NCBI GenBank assembly: GCA_003245895.1
Contig: QKBZ01000242.1
Span: 1-28,145, forward strand
Source: Beggiatoa sp.
Lineage (GTDB): Bacteria; Pseudomonadota; Gammaproteobacteria; Beggiatoales; Beggiatoaceae
Length of the DNA: 28,145 nucleotides
Direction: 5' to 3'
Below, in pieces: positions 1 through 8,020 of this stretch. The notes below the pieces were generated by a model. The model was given only the letters and a program-made list of their open reading frames with translations, did no database searches and was not told the origin of the DNA. The first letter of the stretch is position 1; each line of letters starts with the position of its first letter. The position numbers and the translations under genes are program-made.

Positions 1-472
1 ATAACGATGCTTCTTGACAGGTCTAATAGCCGTCACCTGCGCTTGTTTCATCAAACGGCTAACTTTATATAAACCCATCTGAATACCTTGTTGTGCAAGT
101 ATTCGCTGCATCCGTCGTTTACCATAGGTATTTCCAGTCTGTTCGGCGGTTTCCTGAATCTGAGTAATGGCCTGTGCCCGTTTACTGTCGAGAATGGTAG
201 TAATAAGTACTCGGACTCAGTTCAAAGACGGTATATTGGGTATTCGCTTTCTTTACGTGGCTAATCAACTTTGTGACCAGTTGTCCATGGCAAAGAAAGC
301 GGCAGCCTTTTTTAGGATTTCGTTATCCCGTTTGGCTCGCCAAAGCTGCTTTTCCAGCTCTTGAATCCGCTGCTGTTCTGCTGTCAGTGCGTGTTTACCT
401 TGTGGTGTTTCGCCTTTCAACTCCTGTAAATACTGCTTTTTCCAGCGGATAACGGCGGTTGTACCTGCGAGC
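1..472 (-). mobile_element. IS3-family insertion sequence remnant. It runs off the window start, is 5'-truncated at about 470 by an unrelated repeat element, and carries an additional frameshift in orfB.
   Basis: The minus-strand orfA ends ...ELEKQLWRAKRDNEILKKAAAFFAMDNWSQS*, the typical IS3 OrfA leucine-zipper C-terminus. It contains the programmed -1 slippery heptamer A_AAA_AAG (minus strand, about 305-311). Downstream in the -1 frame the translation reads ...VFELSPSTYYYH then stops. After a further 1-nt frame change it reads SKRAQAITQIQETAEQTGNTYGKRRMQRILAQQGIQMGLYKVSRLMKQAQVTAIRPVKKHRY, which matches the IS3 OrfB N-terminal region (VSRSGYYAW..RAQ...TYGSRRI...SRKRVARLMR pattern). Confidence 0.75.
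265..468 (-). pseudogene. IS3 transposase OrfA fragment lacking about 30 N-terminal residues (first HTH helix).
   Basis: The 75-aa ORF 265..492 aligns to only the C-terminal two thirds of IS3 OrfA (RWKKQY ~ NWRSKQ region onward). Its apparent TTG start lies inside the unrelated repeat element E at 470-547, and the upstream frame is closed by a stop. Confidence 0.6.
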
Positions 473-547
473 GTGTGGGAACGAGAAACCAATTGTTTTT
501 ACAGCAAATATTTCGTCGAACTCAGCTCTGTTGAGAACCTATATACC
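470..547. repeat. Repeat element E, copy 1: gtgtgggaacgagaaaccaattgtttttacagcaaatatttcgtcgaactcag + ctgttga linker.
   Basis: The reverse complement is nearly identical (1 mismatch over about 57 bp) to 16496-16552. It is about 80% similar to 16735-16806 and more distantly similar to 22757-22810. Confidence 0.8.
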
Positions 548-2101
548 ATGAATGCCGATTCTCTTACCCTTTGCGAACAAGAACCGATCCACCTGCTTAG
601 CAACATTCAAGCACACGGTGTGTTATTGGTCTTATCCGAACCTGAGCTAATCGTTTTACAAGTCAGTAATAATATTGAAGCAATATTAGGCTGTCGCATT
701 TCACAAGTTTTAAAACAACCTTTAAGCAATATTGTAGAACCTCAAGCCTTAGCGGCGGTTTCTGCCAGCTTAGACAGTTTGCAAGATGTAGAACAAAGCA
801 AAGTAGTAGAAGCCTTATCATTAGAACTTAAAGTGCATGGGCAAATGCAATCATTTCATGGCAGCTTGCACCGCAGCCATTTTAATCTGCTTTTAGAATT
901 AGAACCCGACACCATTTTTACCACGCCTGATTCCGCTTCGCGTTCTTTATATTGGCATTACCAACAAATCAAAACGATTACACTCCAATTACAAAAAAAT
1001 CGTAATTTAGCGGATTTGCAAACACTCGCCGTGCTTAAAATTCAGCAATTAACCGGCTTTGATCGGGTGATGATGTATCAATTTGCACCTGACTGGAGCG
1101 GCCATGTCGTTGCAGAAGCAAAAGTGCCCTCCGCCCGTTCGTTTTTAGATTTACATTTCCCCGCCTCAGACATTCCAGCACAAGCCCGTGAGTTATACCG
1201 TCATAACTGGCTACGCGGTATTGCAGACATCGACTGTGCACCTGCGCAAATCGTCCCCACGCTCAACCCGCACACCAATGCTCCTGTAGACTTAAGCCAC
1301 GCCGTGTTGCGCAGCGTGTCGCCGGTACACATCGAATATTTGCGCAATATGCAAGTACATGCCTCGTTTAGCATTTCAATTTTAAAAGAAGACCAGTTAT
1401 GGGGCTTAATTGCCTGTCATCACAGCGAAGCAAAATATATCGACTACCCCACTCGCACCGTGTGTGAAGTGGTAGGGCAAGTATTATCGATTCAAATTGC
1501 CTTATGTGAAAACTTGGCCTTATATGAAAAAATCTTGCGTTTAGAAGCAGATAAACTGCGTTTAGATGACATTTTAAAAGTCGCAACGGGCATGAATCCC
1601 CAACGTTCCCCTGAAACATGGCAACGCTTGCAGCGCATGGTATTAGCCGATGGGGTGATGGTGCAGTTTAAACATAAGCGGCATGTCAGCGGCATTACGC
1701 CTTCAGAAACTCAGCTTGATGCCTTATTGCAGTGGTTACAACAAAACCAATTTAGCTATTTATTTTTCACCGATCATTTGCAAAGCCATTACCCAGCGGC
1801 GGCTGACTTTACTGCACAAGCAGCGGGCATTGTTAGCTTACATATAGATCGCACTGACTTGCAGTACATTATCTGGTTTCGCCAAGAAGTTATCCGCACA
1901 GTGCATTGGGCAGGTGATCCTAATGCCGCGCATACCGTAACAGAGGCGCGCGTTTCACCTCGCCAATCATTTGCATCATGGTGTAGCACGATGTGTGGTC
2001 ATGCACAAACATGGGAAATTCATGAGTTAGAAAATGCAATGTCATTATATGAATTGCACAATGTAGAAGATGAGTTTTGGCCGTTGAATGAGCAAAGTTA
2101 G
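548..2101 (+). CDS. bphP: Bacteriophytochrome photosensory core module (PAS-GAF-PHY) with no histidine-kinase or other output domain.
   Basis: N-terminal LTLCEQEPIHLLSNIQAHGVLLVL matches the biliverdin-binding Cys plus PAS motif (C..EPIHIPGxIQPHG). GAF motifs present: DRVMMYQFAPDWSGHVVAEAK, LRSVSPVHIEYLRNMQVHASFSISIL, LWGLIACHH. The PHY-like region follows, and the ORF stops after ...HELENAMSLYELHNVEDEFWPLNEQS. The true start is probably ATG at 548 (MNADSL...) rather than the ORF-track start at 473, which lies inside repeat E. Confidence 0.85.
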   Translation: MNADSLTLCEQEPIHLLSNIQAHGVLLVLSEPELIVLQVSNNIEAILGCRISQVLKQPLSNIVEPQALAAVSASLDSLQDVEQSKVVEALSLELKVHGQMQSFHGSLHRSHFNLLLELEPDTIFTTPDSASRSLYWHYQQIKTITLQLQKNRNLADLQTLAVLKIQQLTGFDRVMMYQFAPDWSGHVVAEAKVPSARSFLDLHFPASDIPAQARELYRHNWLRGIADIDCAPAQIVPTLNPHTNAPVDLSHAVLRSVSPVHIEYLRNMQVHASFSISILKEDQLWGLIACHHSEAKYIDYPTRTVCEVVGQVLSIQIALCENLALYEKILRLEADKLRLDDILKVATGMNPQRSPETWQRLQRMVLADGVMVQFKHKRHVSGITPSETQLDALLQWLQQNQFSYLFFTDHLQSHYPAAADFTAQAAGIVSLHIDRTDLQYIIWFRQEVIRTVHWAGDPNAAHTVTEARVSPRQSFASWCSTMCGHAQTWEIHELENAMSLYELHNVEDEFWPLNEQS

Positions 2102-2366
2102 TGCAAAACTTGCGCTAAAACAGTGCCATTTAAAACAAGCACAAAAAAAGTGGTTATTTTCAACTTAAATAAAAACAGCAGTTTAAGCTAAATTAAGCTT
2201 TGGCATGATAGTTGTAATTTAAACATTAAGGTTTATCACCATAATGAACGTCAGGTTGCAATAGAAAAGCCTCTTTCAAGCAGGGAAAGAGGCTTAATGC
2301 AGTAAGCTTTAAACTCACTGAATTTATTGTATTTTCTATTGTTATTATGGTTCCCTCCCTCGGTTT

Positions 2367-2400
2367 GAGCGTGACAAAGTCTTGTCACGCTCTTTTTTTT
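2367..2400 (+). terminator. Rho-independent terminator (GC-rich hairpin followed by T8).
   Basis: gagcgtgacaa-agtc-ttgtcacgctc followed by tttttttt. It lies about 270 bp downstream of the phytochrome stop. Confidence 0.6.
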
Positions 2401-2614
2401 GCTTGCAATATTATTTCTTTTGTTACTTTAAATTATAGAAGGAAATAAGCCGATTTCAAGCAACTAAAAAAACAACCATTAATACATTAATTTGTTGCAA
2501 AGCAAAATGCTAAATAGTGAGATTTCTAGACTGTTTTAAACAGATTTCTAGTACATTTTCTGCAATGCAATAAACCGAGCAAATTACTCGGTTTATTAAC
2601 AGGCCATTGTCAAA

Positions 2615-4891
2615 TTATTGCATTTGTCCTAAACGCAAATCTCCTAAGCCTAATTGCTGCACCACTTTCTGCAATTGCTCAATTTTAGGCTGTTGTGCAC
2701 TTGGTGTATCGCGCATTAAACGGGCTAAAAAGGCCGACACGGTTAAATGCTGAATATCTTGTGCACTCAAACCAGATTGCCCAATTAAACCTTTTAAGTC
2801 TTGCACTAAGTTTGCGTCTGCATCCTCACCTAAATAAGGACTCAGCAGTTGTTGCACGGTTTGACTGTGATCGACAAAACCATCGACGGCACGCGCTGCG
2901 GATAAGCTGTTCATTAAGCGATCTAAGAACATGCTATCACCGCCCACAATATCAATTTTGGCCTGTTTCAGACCTTCGGCTAATACTTGCGCTTGATGTT
3001 CAGCCACCCGTTGCTGCATTTCTAAGCTGAGTTTTTGCACCGCCAATTGTTGTTCTAAACGTAAGCGGTATTCTTCATGTTGTCGCCCTTCGCCGCTTAA
3101 GGTGTCTAAAGCTTTATATTTCTCAACTAAGCCCGCCGCTTCAGCTTGCAAACGCATTTGTAAGGCCGCCGCTTCTGCCGCACCTTCTTTCTCGATGGTT
3201 TGCGCCTCTGCTTCGCGCACTTTCACCTTCGCCATGCCTTGTTTTTCAATCGCTTCTGCTTCTGCTTCTTGTACGTGTACGGTAGCTAACCCTTTTTGCT
3301 CCTCGCCCCACGCCTCGGCTTGCATACGCTCGCGCGTGGCCTTAGCTTCTGCAATCCCTTGTTGCTCAACCAGTTCTAACTCAACTTTACGCACTCGCAA
3401 TTGCGCCAAGCCTTTTTCTTCCGTGCCTTTAGCCTCGGCTTGCATGCGATCTAACTCCGCTTGTGCCTGCGCCGCGCCTTCCTTCTGAATTGCTACCGCA
3501 TTGGCTTCGCGCACCTTCACTTCCGCCAAACCTTTGGCAGCCGCTTCGGCTTGTGTCCCTTCTGCTAAACGAATTTTCGCTGCTGCCTGTTTTTCCGCCA
3601 CTTCGCGCTCTGACTCTGCTAACGCGCCTTGCTCTTGCACACGGAATTTTGCCGCCTCATTCGCCGCTTCTGCTTTCTTAATGTCGGTAACTAAGGACTC
3701 TTGGGCTTTGGCTTCTGCTTCAATAATTAACACTTGTTTTTGCCGCTGTGCTTCAGCCACTTCGCGCAACTCTTTAATGCTCTCTTCTTCTTGCGCTACC
3801 GTCTTATCAACCGCCACCCGCTCACGGATCACATTGGCAATTTCGCGCCGTTCAACTTCTAAGGCTTTTTCTTTTGCAATCTGCTGCAATTCAATTTCCC
3901 GTTCACGGGCAATTTGCTCTTGTTCACGGGCTAATTGCACCCGTTCGGTCTCAATCCCCACCACCCGCAAGCGGTTTTGCTCAGCCACTTCAATTTCGCG
4001 CTGTTTATTCTGTGCTTGCACTTCCAATTGTTCTTCAGTTTGAATGCGTGCCGCTTCACTTTTTAAGCGTTCTTGTGCTGCCACCACTTCCATTTCCGCT
4101 TGCTCGCGATCTTGCGCATTGCGGATTTCACGCGCTTGGCGTGCTTCAGCATCTGATTTTTGCCGCTCCAGCTCTAAAATGGCTTCTTTGGCTTGCACAT
4201 TTTGCTGGGTAATTTTCATTTGCTCTTGGTTTTTAAACTCATTCGTTAACACATTCTGATTAGAAGTCAATTCAGTGATTTTACGAATCCCTTGCGAGTC
4301 TAAAATGTTTTGTGGGTCTAATGAACCAATCGGCGTTTGCTCTAAAAAGTCAATCGCAGCATCTTCCAGTACATAACCGTTTAAATTAGTGCCAATTAAC
4401 TGAATAATTTTGTCGCGAAAAGAATCACGTTCCTTATACAAATCTTCAAAATCTAATTGTTTACCTACTGTTTTCAATGCTTCAGAAAACTTAGCAATAA
4501 ACAACTCTTCTAAAGTAGAACGATCTGAAGCGCGTTCACAACCAATCGACTGCGCCACTTTGAGCACATCTTCAGGCGTTTTATTAACCCTGACAAAGAA
4601 GGTGACGCGAATATCTGCGCGGATATTGTCGCGACAAATTAAGCCCTCACGCCCGCGCCGGTCGATGTCAATCGTCTTCAGCGAAATATCCATCACCTCA
4701 GACTTATGAATCACTGGCAATACAATGCGTCCGGTAAAAGTCACCACGGGTTCTGCAACCATCGTGTTCACAATTAAAGCTTTACCTTGTTCAACCTTCT
4801 TGAAAAATAAGAACACCAGCAATAAAACACCGGTCAAGATGACAGCACCGATCAAGATGATGCTGATCACTAATCCAAGGGATAGCGACAT
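2615..4891 (-). CDS. Flotillin-family SPFH/band-7 protein (YqiK/FloT-like) with N-terminal TM helix and a very long EA-rich coiled-coil.
   Basis: N-terminal hydrophobic segment ISIILIGAVILTGVLLLVFLFF. SPFH core VLPVIHKSEVMDISLKTIDIDRRGREGLICRDNIRADIRVTFFVRV...DVLKVAQSIG. Long repeated EAEA/AEAKG/VREAEA coiled-coil units. The DNA shows matching internal periodicity (3100-3700). Confidence 0.85.
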   Translation of the reverse strand: MSLSLGLVISIILIGAVILTGVLLLVFLFFKKVEQGKALIVNTMVAEPVVTFTGRIVLPVIHKSEVMDISLKTIDIDRRGREGLICRDNIRADIRVTFFVRVNKTPEDVLKVAQSIGCERASDRSTLEELFIAKFSEALKTVGKQLDFEDLYKERDSFRDKIIQLIGTNLNGYVLEDAAIDFLEQTPIGSLDPQNILDSQGIRKITELTSNQNVLTNEFKNQEQMKITQQNVQAKEAILELERQKSDAEARQAREIRNAQDREQAEMEVVAAQERLKSEAARIQTEEQLEVQAQNKQREIEVAEQNRLRVVGIETERVQLAREQEQIAREREIELQQIAKEKALEVERREIANVIRERVAVDKTVAQEEESIKELREVAEAQRQKQVLIIEAEAKAQESLVTDIKKAEAANEAAKFRVQEQGALAESEREVAEKQAAAKIRLAEGTQAEAAAKGLAEVKVREANAVAIQKEGAAQAQAELDRMQAEAKGTEEKGLAQLRVRKVELELVEQQGIAEAKATRERMQAEAWGEEQKGLATVHVQEAEAEAIEKQGMAKVKVREAEAQTIEKEGAAEAAALQMRLQAEAAGLVEKYKALDTLSGEGRQHEEYRLRLEQQLAVQKLSLEMQQRVAEHQAQVLAEGLKQAKIDIVGGDSMFLDRLMNSLSAARAVDGFVDHSQTVQQLLSPYLGEDADANLVQDLKGLIGQSGLSAQDIQHLTVSAFLARLMRDTPSAQQPKIEQLQKVVQQLGLGDLRLGQMQ

Positions 4892-4951
4892 GGGGTTAAT
4901 CCTCTTTGGTGATTAGGCGTTATGCAGTTCAAAGCGAATAGATGGTTTTTC

Positions 4952-5217
4952 GTAGAGCGGATAAGGCGTGAGCCGTCATCCGCCGATAGGTCGTATGACG
5001 CTAGGCTTATACGACCTACAACCATTCTTATTCCAACTGCGTAACGCCGAGTGATAAAGAAAAACAGATGATATAACGCAGCGTATTCTGTGCAAGCACA
5101 TTTAAACTCTGAGCCTACAGTGTGGGCAAACGGCGGAGGAGCAAAGGTAGTGGGGTAAAATTCTCTTGTTTGTTGAGCATATCGGCGGATGACGGCTTGC
5201 GCCTTATCCGCCCTACA
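4952..5217. repeat. REP/BIME-like composite: PU-A (4952-4986), PU-B (4988-5031), and an inverted PU-A (5183-5217).
   Basis: cggataaggcgtgagccgtcatccgcc ... gtcgtatgacgctaggcttatacgacctacaac ... cggcggatgacggcttgcgccttatccgccctaca. The outer PU-A copies are in inverted orientation about 200 bp apart. Confidence 0.8.
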
Positions 5218-5637
5218 TACAAAGCACGGTTTTCTTAGCTGTAGGCGATAACAGTCACTGAAAAATCGTGTAAACTAAGATTAAGGGTTAGTTCTAGCGT
5301 CAATACGTGCTGAACCAAAAGACTTTTAATAAAAAGAACAAGTAAAAAAAATGACAAGTGTCTAAATTAAAACACTTCATTTTTTCTATCAGCATTAAGC
5401 CAACAGATTACGTTAAGATATAGCAAGGTGATAAGTTTCACGCTGTTGGCTAATCTCATTACTCGCTTTTGTTTCGGCACAACATGAGCGTTAACCTATT
5501 GAATAATTAGCCTTTCCAGTTTTTTTGTGCAGTGGTATGCACATCACCACCGCAAGACAAATGCTGTCAACACAGCCGTTTGTGTTTGCATAGGTTCACT
5601 TCTCATTTATGAACTTGTAGGTAACCATACTGTTTTT

Positions 5638-6465
5638 ATGACTACTCATCGTGTAGCCGCCATTCAAATGGCTTCCGGCGCGCAAGTCTCCGCCAATTTG
5701 CAAGAAGCCGGACGTTTAATCCACGAAGCCGCCGAACAAGGTGCGCGTTTAGTCGTGTTACCCGAAAACTTTGCCTTAATGGGGCAACATGAACACGATA
5801 AATTAGCCGCACAAGAAGCCGAGGGTGAAGGGCCTATTCAAGCCTTTTTAGCACAACAAGCGAAACGGCATAAACTCTGGATTGTTGGCGGTACTATCCC
5901 GTTAGCCAGTGATGACCCTAAGCGCGTGCGTGCCAGTTGTCTAGTCTATAACGCAGAAGGACAAGTGGTTGTTCGTTATGACAAAATTCACTTGTTTGAT
6001 GTGGATACCGGCAATAATGAGCGTTACGAAGAATCGCAAACCATCGAAGCAGGACAGCAAGCAGTTGTGTTTGATAGCCCCTTTGGTCGTATCGGTTTAG
6101 CCATTTGCTATGACTTGCGTTTTCCTGAGTTGTTCCGCTATTTATTAGATAAAGGCGCACAAGTGTTCTGCATTCCTTCAGCCTTCACGGAGATTACCGG
6201 CAAAGCGCATTGGGATATGTTAAACCGCGTGCGTGCCATCGAAAATTTGAGTTATGTGATTGCGGCGGATCAAGGTGGTTATCACGTCAATGGTCGTAAA
6301 ACCTATGGTGACAGCTTAATTGTTGACCCGTGGGGCACTGTATTAAACCGCTTAGCACAAGGTAGCGGTGTCGTCATAGCCGACATTGATACCGAGCACC
6401 AAGCCCAATTACGCCAACGCTTTCCAACGATTAAACATCGCAAATTGTTATGTCAACCGCGTTAA
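5638..6465 (+). CDS. Carbon-nitrogen hydrolase (nitrilase superfamily) protein.
   Basis: [16 protein letters not shown]...[10 protein letters not shown] (catalytic Glu), KIHLFD (Lys), [14 protein letters not shown] (Cys). The likely start is ATG 5638 ([10 protein letters not shown]); the ORF-track start at 5527 is an upstream extension into the repeat region. Confidence 0.85.
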   Translation: MTTHRVAAIQMASGAQVSANLQEAGRLIHEAAEQGARLVVLPENFALMGQHEHDKLAAQEAEGEGPIQAFLAQQAKRHKLWIVGGTIPLASDDPKRVRASCLVYNAEGQVVVRYDKIHLFDVDTGNNERYEESQTIEAGQQAVVFDSPFGRIGLAICYDLRFPELFRYLLDKGAQVFCIPSAFTEITGKAHWDMLNRVRAIENLSYVIAADQGGYHVNGRKTYGDSLIVDPWGTVLNRLAQGSGVVIADIDTEHQAQLRQRFPTIKHRKLLCQPR

Positions 6466-7901
6466 CGCCTTTTACTATCGCCACCGAACGTTTGTTGCAA
6501 CCGGCTGATTTAGAACTAAATGCTTTGCAGAAAGTACTAGATCAGATGTTGACGCATCAAGTGGATTATGCCGATTTATACTTTCAACTCAGTCACCAAG
6601 AATCATGGGCATTGGAAGAAGGTTTAATCAAAGAAAGTCATTACCACGTCAATCGTGGTGTGGGTGTACGCGCACTCAGTGGTGAAAAAACCGGTTTTGC
6701 GTATAGCGATGAATTGCAATTGCCTGCCTTGTTAGAAGCAGCACAAGCTGCGCGTAGTATTGCCCACCACGGTCAACATCAGCGCGTGCAAGTGTGGCAA
6801 CAACAGGCAATGACACCGCTGTACAGTGAAGATGATCCGCTTGCCAGCTTAACAGCAGAAGAAAAAGTCAATTTATTAAAGGAATTAGACCAAGCTGCCC
6901 GTCAAATAGACCCCCGCATTACACAAGTTTCCGTCAGCTTACGCGCCACGCACAAACTATTTTTAATCGCTGCCTCAGATGGCACTTTGGCTGCCGATGT
7001 ACAGCCTTTAGTACGCTTAAATGTCTCTGTTTTAGCGGAACAAAATGGTCGCCGAGAACAAGGCAGTGCTGGCGGCGGTGCACGCACGGGTTATGACTTT
7101 TTTACCCAAGAACAACGCGGTTTGCAATATGTAAAAGATGCGGTGCGCCGTGCCTTGTTGAACTTAGATGCCGTGCCTGCGCCAGCGGGTAGCATGCCTG
7201 TTGTCTTAGGTGCGGGTTGGCCTGGCGTGTTGCTGCATGAAGCGATTGGACACGGTTTAGAAGGCGATAGCAACCGCAAAGGCAGTTCTGCTTTTAGCCA
7301 GCGTTTAGGTCAAAAAGTGGCTTCACCGCTTTGTACTATTGTCGATGATGGCACCTTGTCGCAATTGCGCGGCTCCATCAACATTGATGATGAAGGCACG
7401 CCTAGTCAATGCACCACTTTGATTGAAAATGGTATTTTGACTGCTTATATGCAAGATAAGCTGAACGCCCGTTTAATGGGGATGCCTTGTACTGGCAATG
7501 GGCGACGTGAATCTTATGCGCATACCCCCTTGCCTCGTATGACGAACACCTATATGTTGGCAGGAAATACGCCACCTGCCGAGATTATCGCCTCAGTAGA
7601 CAAAGGCTTATACGCAGTGAATTTTGGTGGAGGTCAAGTAGATACAACCTCCGGCAAGTTTGTGTTTTCTGCTAATGAAGCCTATTTGATCGAGCATGGA
7701 CGCATCACTCGCCCCGTCAAAGGTGCCACTTTAATCGGCAACGGTTTAGAGGTGTTAAATCGGGTGAGCATGGTTGGCAATGATCTTGCGTTGGATTCTG
7801 GCGTAGGTGTTTGCGGCAAGGAAGGACAGCAAGTGCCTGTTGGTGTGGGACAGCCCACACTGCGAGTTGACAGTTTAACTGTAGGGGGAACGCAGACTTA
7901 A
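6450..7901 (+). CDS. tldD: Metalloprotease TldD.
   Basis: [11 protein letters not shown] zinc-binding motif. Overall co-linearity with E. coli TldD (DYADLYFQ..., [26 protein letters not shown]). The start overlaps the upstream stop by 16 nt. Confidence 0.9.
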   Translation: MSTALTPFTIATERLLQPADLELNALQKVLDQMLTHQVDYADLYFQLSHQESWALEEGLIKESHYHVNRGVGVRALSGEKTGFAYSDELQLPALLEAAQAARSIAHHGQHQRVQVWQQQAMTPLYSEDDPLASLTAEEKVNLLKELDQAARQIDPRITQVSVSLRATHKLFLIAASDGTLAADVQPLVRLNVSVLAEQNGRREQGSAGGGARTGYDFFTQEQRGLQYVKDAVRRALLNLDAVPAPAGSMPVVLGAGWPGVLLHEAIGHGLEGDSNRKGSSAFSQRLGQKVASPLCTIVDDGTLSQLRGSINIDDEGTPSQCTTLIENGILTAYMQDKLNARLMGMPCTGNGRRESYAHTPLPRMTNTYMLAGNTPPAEIIASVDKGLYAVNFGGGQVDTTSGKFVFSANEAYLIEHGRITRPVKGATLIGNGLEVLNRVSMVGNDLALDSGVGVCGKEGQQVPVGVGQPTLRVDSLTVGGTQT

Positions 7902-8020
7902 CCGTCTGGGACGTAAAAGCGGTGAGTTGATGTTTCTATAAACTCCAAGTCTTGTGATTTTCTCTACTCATGACGCAACCGCGTTCATTACCCTAGTAAC
8001 CCAATTGCGAGAGTACGATT

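Noticed and set aside
473-547. ORF-track start of the phytochrome at 473 (MWERETNCFYSKYF...).
   Set aside because: These codons lie inside repeat element E, which is shared with 16496-16552. The conserved phytochrome N-terminus begins at Met 548.
3102-4259. Several plus-strand ORFs (128, 72, 180, 112 and 71 aa) rich in Ala/Ser/Cys inside the flotillin gene.
   Set aside because: They lie antisense to a strongly supported CDS. Their composition is the mirror image of the GC-rich, periodic EA-repeat coding DNA. They have no RBS or family resemblance.
4952-5217. REP clusters considered as CRISPR-like arrays.
   Set aside because: The units are palindromic, occur in both orientations with irregular spacing, and are of several different families. 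This is the classic REP/BIME organisation.
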